Assembly (NCBI GenBank): GCA_963843975.1
Contig: CAWJMG010000001.1
Coordinates: 300,001-332,000, forward strand
Source of the DNA: an uncultured Actinomycetes bacterium
Lineage (GTDB): Bacteria; Actinomycetota; Actinomycetes; S36-B12; CAIYMF01
DNA length: 32,000 nt
Direction of reading: 5' to 3'
Shown piece after piece: positions 28,715-32,000 of the stretch (position 1 is its first letter; the number at the start of each line of letters is the position of its first letter). A model generated the notes under the pieces. It had not been told where the DNA came from. It did no database searches and worked only from the letters and a program-made list of their open reading frames with translations. The position numbers and the translations under genes are program-made.

Positions 28715-29793
28715 TCTGCCCTGGGGCACAGGAGCACCTTGGCTCGAACTAGTCGGAACTGAGTGCGCCGCTGTGGCCGCTGCGGCGGTGTCCCACCTAG
28801 GCAAGCGACATCGTGTCACACGCGAGCTGACCGCTGGGAGCATCGACTGCTCGACCTTGGTGAGCCAGTCTCATTGGACTGGCGCAGGCATCCAGACGCC
28901 GTTCATTTCAGAGTCCCAACGTCTGGCAGCGACCTCCTTGGAAGTCGACTGGTCCGACCGGCTGCCGGGCGATGTCGTGATCGCCTACGAGTCGGCCAAG
29001 CTCTCTCCGGGGGGCCGCCACAATCATTCGTACGTCTACCTAGGCGGGCAGCGAAACCAGGGCGACTGGGTCGTCCAATCGCGTGAGCGTGAGGGCGTCG
29101 TCCTGACGCCTGCAAACCGGATCCGAAGGGACGGAGGCGTCCGTCGCTTCTGCCCTCACCCGCATGAGAAGTTTGGGGATGGTCCTTGGCGCGCTGCCGC
29201 GCTCCACACGCCGAAGCTTCGGGCGGCTAGGAGCACGCCTAGGCCGTTCGAGGCGCCGACACACCGGAACGGATATCTACGTTCCCGCTGGCGCGCTCGC
29301 TAGCAGCCCCATTGCCGGCCAAGTCGTAGCCATACAGAGGCGACCGTCCGGCGATCGAGTCGTGATTGATGGTGGAGACCTTCTTGCAGTCATGGCCGGC
29401 CTGGACGAGCTCGCGATTGACGTGGGCGACCGCCTCCTAGCGGGGAGCCCAGTCGGTCGAGTCGGCTTTGTGCCTGATGACCCGGAGTGCAACAAGCTTG
29501 AGGCGACCTGCCAATGGCCACGACTTCACCTAGAAGCATGGGCTCGTTCTGAGAGCAGCCCACTTCCCGCAGCGCGAGTGAACGCAGATGAACGCGTACC
29601 CGCTGATTCCGGTTTGGACTGGACCCAGTTCCGAGCGATCAATCCGGTGTATGCAATGAAGCTCGGGCAGGTGGCTTGCCCACTCGACGCAGCCGCTCTC
29701 GGCGAGGCTCCACCTAGAGGGCCTTTGAGCACGAGGGCTGCCATGCCCCTTCTCTCAGAGAAGCTCTCACAAGCAGTTCTTCGCGGGAGTTGA
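28707..29793 (+). pseudogene. two-domain peptidoglycan hydrolase, NlpC/P60 (C40) plus LytM/M23-like, no signal peptide; frames joined by an apparent +1 nt insertion in 29107-29195
   Basis: ORF 28707..29303 carries the NlpC/P60 Cys block ...AGSIDCSTLVSQSHW..., the His block ...HNHSYVYLGG... and ...DWVVQS..., then an Arg-rich tail. ORF 29164..29793 carries the M23-like blocks ...SFGRLGARLGRSRRRHTGTDIYVPAGALASSPIAGQVV..., ...IDVGDRLLAGSPVGRVG... and ...PRLHLEAW.... The ORFs overlap by 140 nt in different frames. The span is 1087 nt (3n+1). Two separate overlapping genes cannot be excluded. Confidence 0.65.
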
Positions 29794-29917
29794 CTGACAG
29801 TTTGAACCCACCGTCTAGGTGGTCTGGGCACGCATCGCTCCCGGCTGCGAAGGACAATGTCCGGGGCGATGGCTGGCAAGCGAAGGCACCCCGCTGACTT
29901 AGGAGCATGGACGGCTG

Positions 29918-30700
29918 ATGGCACCCACCGACTCATCCGATTCCGCCGCCGCCACCACCACGGTGTCGGAGACCAATCCCTCAGCCGAGAAGTGGGACGC
30001 GGTCGCGATGGACTTCATGTTGGCCGAGTACAAGTCCCTCCGCGACGAGTCCTCGCAGTCCAGGTCCGCGCAACAGGCGATCCAGCAGTGGAGTCTCGCC
30101 GGGGTCTCGGCGATTCTCGTCGGCGGCCTTCTGCTGACCGGCAAGAACTTCGACCTCCAGCAGGCGGGGCCACCCAGCACTGCCTTTCTCGTGCTCTTTG
30201 GTGTGGTGCTGCCTGCCCTCGCAACGGTTTCATGTATGGCATGGCTCGGTGAGCTGGTCCGAATGGAGCGGTGCGGAAGATACCTGCGCGGATTCGAAAG
30301 GGACCTCTCCAAACGCCTCAACGGACTCGTGTCGCCAGCCGCGCGAAACCCCCTTAGGTGGGAGACGGCCATCTCGCAGGGCGCGGCCAGCGACAAGGGA
30401 CTGGGTCGGGGCAAGCAGCGGGTTGGATACCTAGGCAGCCTCCTCATGTACCTCGGTGCAGTCTCAGCTTCGTTGTGCTTCTACGTCGTAGGCGTTCAAC
30501 AGCGTCAAGAACCGGCGAATGCGTGGGTCCACTTGCACCTAGCGCTGTTTGCTTGGCCTGCGGTCATGGGCTCGGTGTTCTTGGCGATTGTCGTGTCGGT
30601 CGTGCGATCCATTCAGGAGCTAGGGGCTGAGGTGTTGGAACTGCCGGAAGTCGAACTCCAGAAGCCGGATGGCGACAAGGACAAGAGAGAAGACCAATAG
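29918..30700 (+). CDS. integral membrane protein, four predicted TM helices, 260 aa
   Basis: Hydrophobic segments WSLAGVSAILVGGLLLTG, AFLVLFGVVLPALATVSCMAWLG, VGYLGSLLMYLGAVSASLCFYVVGV and LALFAWPAVMGSVFLAIVVSVV. The C-terminal tail is acidic/lysine-rich. No family recognised. Confidence 0.65.
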   Translation: MAPTDSSDSAAATTTVSETNPSAEKWDAVAMDFMLAEYKSLRDESSQSRSAQQAIQQWSLAGVSAILVGGLLLTGKNFDLQQAGPPSTAFLVLFGVVLPALATVSCMAWLGELVRMERCGRYLRGFERDLSKRLNGLVSPAARNPLRWETAISQGAASDKGLGRGKQRVGYLGSLLMYLGAVSASLCFYVVGVQQRQEPANAWVHLHLALFAWPAVMGSVFLAIVVSVVRSIQELGAEVLELPEVELQKPDGDKDKREDQ

Positions 30701-30781
30701 CCATGCGAAGCGAGAGCAGTCACCCTGCTGTTCGAAGCGCCCTCACACTGATCTCCAAGGTCTCCGCTGCACAGTTCGACT

Positions 30782-31411
30782 GTGGCATCGAGAACACAGC
30801 AATGGGCCCTGGTCGCCCTTTCGTTCGGGCAACGAGACTTCGATCTGGAGCCCGGCCCGATCAATCGGCGCCTCGGTTCAATCGCAGCGAGGTACGTGCG
30901 CGGGCTGTCATCACCAACGCTCGTCGTGGCTCAGTGGGAGATCGCGCTCGAGATGGGTCGCCAAGGCGTTCCGGTCGACTTTGCCGTCTATCCCGAGGAG
31001 GGAGTTGACTACATCGACACGGGTGACGTTTGGCGGCAGGCCCGCCAGTTCCTCGACGCACACGACATCGAACGAGTTGCCCTGTTGGCCCACCCCTTTC
31101 TTCACCGCTCGCTCGCTCGGCACATCATTCGCCGCGACGGCTACATGGTGCAGACACTCAAGACCGGCATGGTGGGATTCGATCCCGATGCTCGCAACCG
31201 CCAGTGGTGGACCCGCGGCCCCGTCCGATTGATGACCTACAGCGCCCTTCGGGCGGCCGGGATCTCTCGCCAGTTTCACCCAACACCGGTGGAGGGTGTA
31301 GCGGCATCCGCTCCTGGCTCGGTAGAAGCGGCGACCGACCACCGGGGGCATATTCGAGCGCAGGAACGGTCAATCACCAGAAGCCAGCATCGGCCAGCCG
31401 AGCAAGATTGA
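30782..31411 (+). CDS. hypothetical protein, second DUF218/YdcF-like protein of the cluster
   Basis: ...WALVALSFGQRDFDLEPGPINRRLGSIAARY...TLVVAQWEIA...YIDTGDVWRQARQFLDAHDIERVALLAHPFLHRSLARHIIRRDG.... Start uncertain. GTG 30782 has no SD. An ATG at 30703, 2 nt after the upstream stop, opens a protein-like 33-aa stretch in the neighbouring frame, so another +1 frame disruption near 30795-30805 is possible. Confidence 0.55.
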   Translation: MASRTQQWALVALSFGQRDFDLEPGPINRRLGSIAARYVRGLSSPTLVVAQWEIALEMGRQGVPVDFAVYPEEGVDYIDTGDVWRQARQFLDAHDIERVALLAHPFLHRSLARHIIRRDGYMVQTLKTGMVGFDPDARNRQWWTRGPVRLMTYSALRAAGISRQFHPTPVEGVAASAPGSVEAATDHRGHIRAQERSITRSQHRPAEQD

Positions 31412-31499
31412 AGCCGGCAGAGGACTGGAGGCACGGCGTCTATTGCGGTCTCGTCACATACCTTCGAGAGCGTCCTGCATTGAGGCGTGGATCTCTTCT

Positions 31500-31600
31500 G
31501 GCCGCGTCCCGTCGAGTGGTGCAACTCCGGGCCTGCCTCCTGAGCGTTCAGGGGACATCGTGTGAGGCTTGGTCAAAACCCGCCAAGCAACTCGCTGTCA
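31500..31600 (+). mobile_element. solo terminal fragment of a second IS256-family element (terminal repeat plus ~70 nt of subterminal sequence, no transposase)
   Basis: GGCCGCGTCCCGTCGAGTGGTGCAACTCCGGGCCTGCCTCCTGAGCGTTCAGGGGACATCGTGTGAGGCTT aligns to the reverse complement of 2262-2331, the transposase-proximal end of the intact IS. By-eye identity is close to 90 percent over about 75 nt and decays by about 31600. No transposase-like frame follows. Confidence 0.7.
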
Positions 31601-31899
31601 ACGACGGCTGTCTCCACTCGTACGCAGAACAACAGGCCGAACTCGTTCCATCAAAGGGCTCGGCCTCGGGATGGTCGAAGAGGCTCTGCAGCGGGCCGTA
31701 GCCGGTAACAAACTCGGAGATCTCGCACCCCCACGCCTTTGCCTCGGCGACGAGCGCTGGGCGCGAGAAACCTCCAAGCGGGACTCGCCGTGGTGGGAGT
31801 CATATGTCGTTCGCCCCCGTGGCTCTTTCGCGCGCGACAGAGTGGGGTTACCTGCTTTCGAAGGCACGGGAAGAAGCAACCAAGGGGGAACGGATCCAC

Positions 31900-32000
31900 A
31901 TGAACAGAAGACTCGCCGCCGTGGCACTGACCGCCATAGCAAGCATCACGCTTGTCGCTTGCGGCACGTCCACTAGCAGCGGCAGCAGCGCGCCTCCCGC
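31900..32000 (+). CDS. lipoprotein, 3' end outside window (possibly a solute-binding protein)
   Basis: ATG 31900 is preceded by AAGGGGGAA. MNRRLAAVALTAIASITLVACGTSTSSGSSAPP is a signal peptide with lipobox LVAC. It is not in the ORF track because it runs off the window. Confidence 0.7.
   Translation, partial: MNRRLAAVALTAIASITLVACGTSTSSGSSAPP

Overview
High-GC, actinobacterial-type chromosomal window. The minus-strand backbone runs prfB, a small LAxTG surface protein, ftsE, ftsX, a coiled-coil M23 peptidase, an S41 protease and smpB. It continues with a TetR / SPL-like PLP enzyme / FGGY kinase operon, a DUF222-HNH gene (+) and ssrA (tmRNA, -). On the plus strand lie a secreted protein, argG and the start of a lipoprotein gene. 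Two regions look lower in GC by eye (not computed) and appear accessory. (i) About 0.7-11.16 kb, directly downstream of the ssrA 3' end. It holds a type I R-M operon hsdM-hsdS-hsdR with a translationally coupled fourth gene (N-terminal AlbA_2/Schlafen-like domain, unknown C-terminal part). It also holds a convergent unknown gene, a decayed pseudogene and an IS256-family element with an 8-bp target duplication. The region is bracketed by diverged copies of the ssrA 3'-flank module, and no integrase is visible. (ii) 26.5-31.5 kb, starting at the argG stop codon. This is a tightly packed co-directional five-gene cluster that I cannot assign to any described system. It encodes two DUF218/YdcF-like proteins, an N-terminally anchored 371-aa protein, an NlpC/P60 + LytM(M23) hydrolase without a signal peptide, and a 4-TM protein. 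It ends at a solo IS256-like terminal repeat. Caveat: at least six genes, including ftsE, carry single-nucleotide frame disruptions. Sequence-quality artefacts are therefore likely, and ORF boundaries elsewhere should be treated with care. No CRISPR array, tRNA or rRNA gene was seen.
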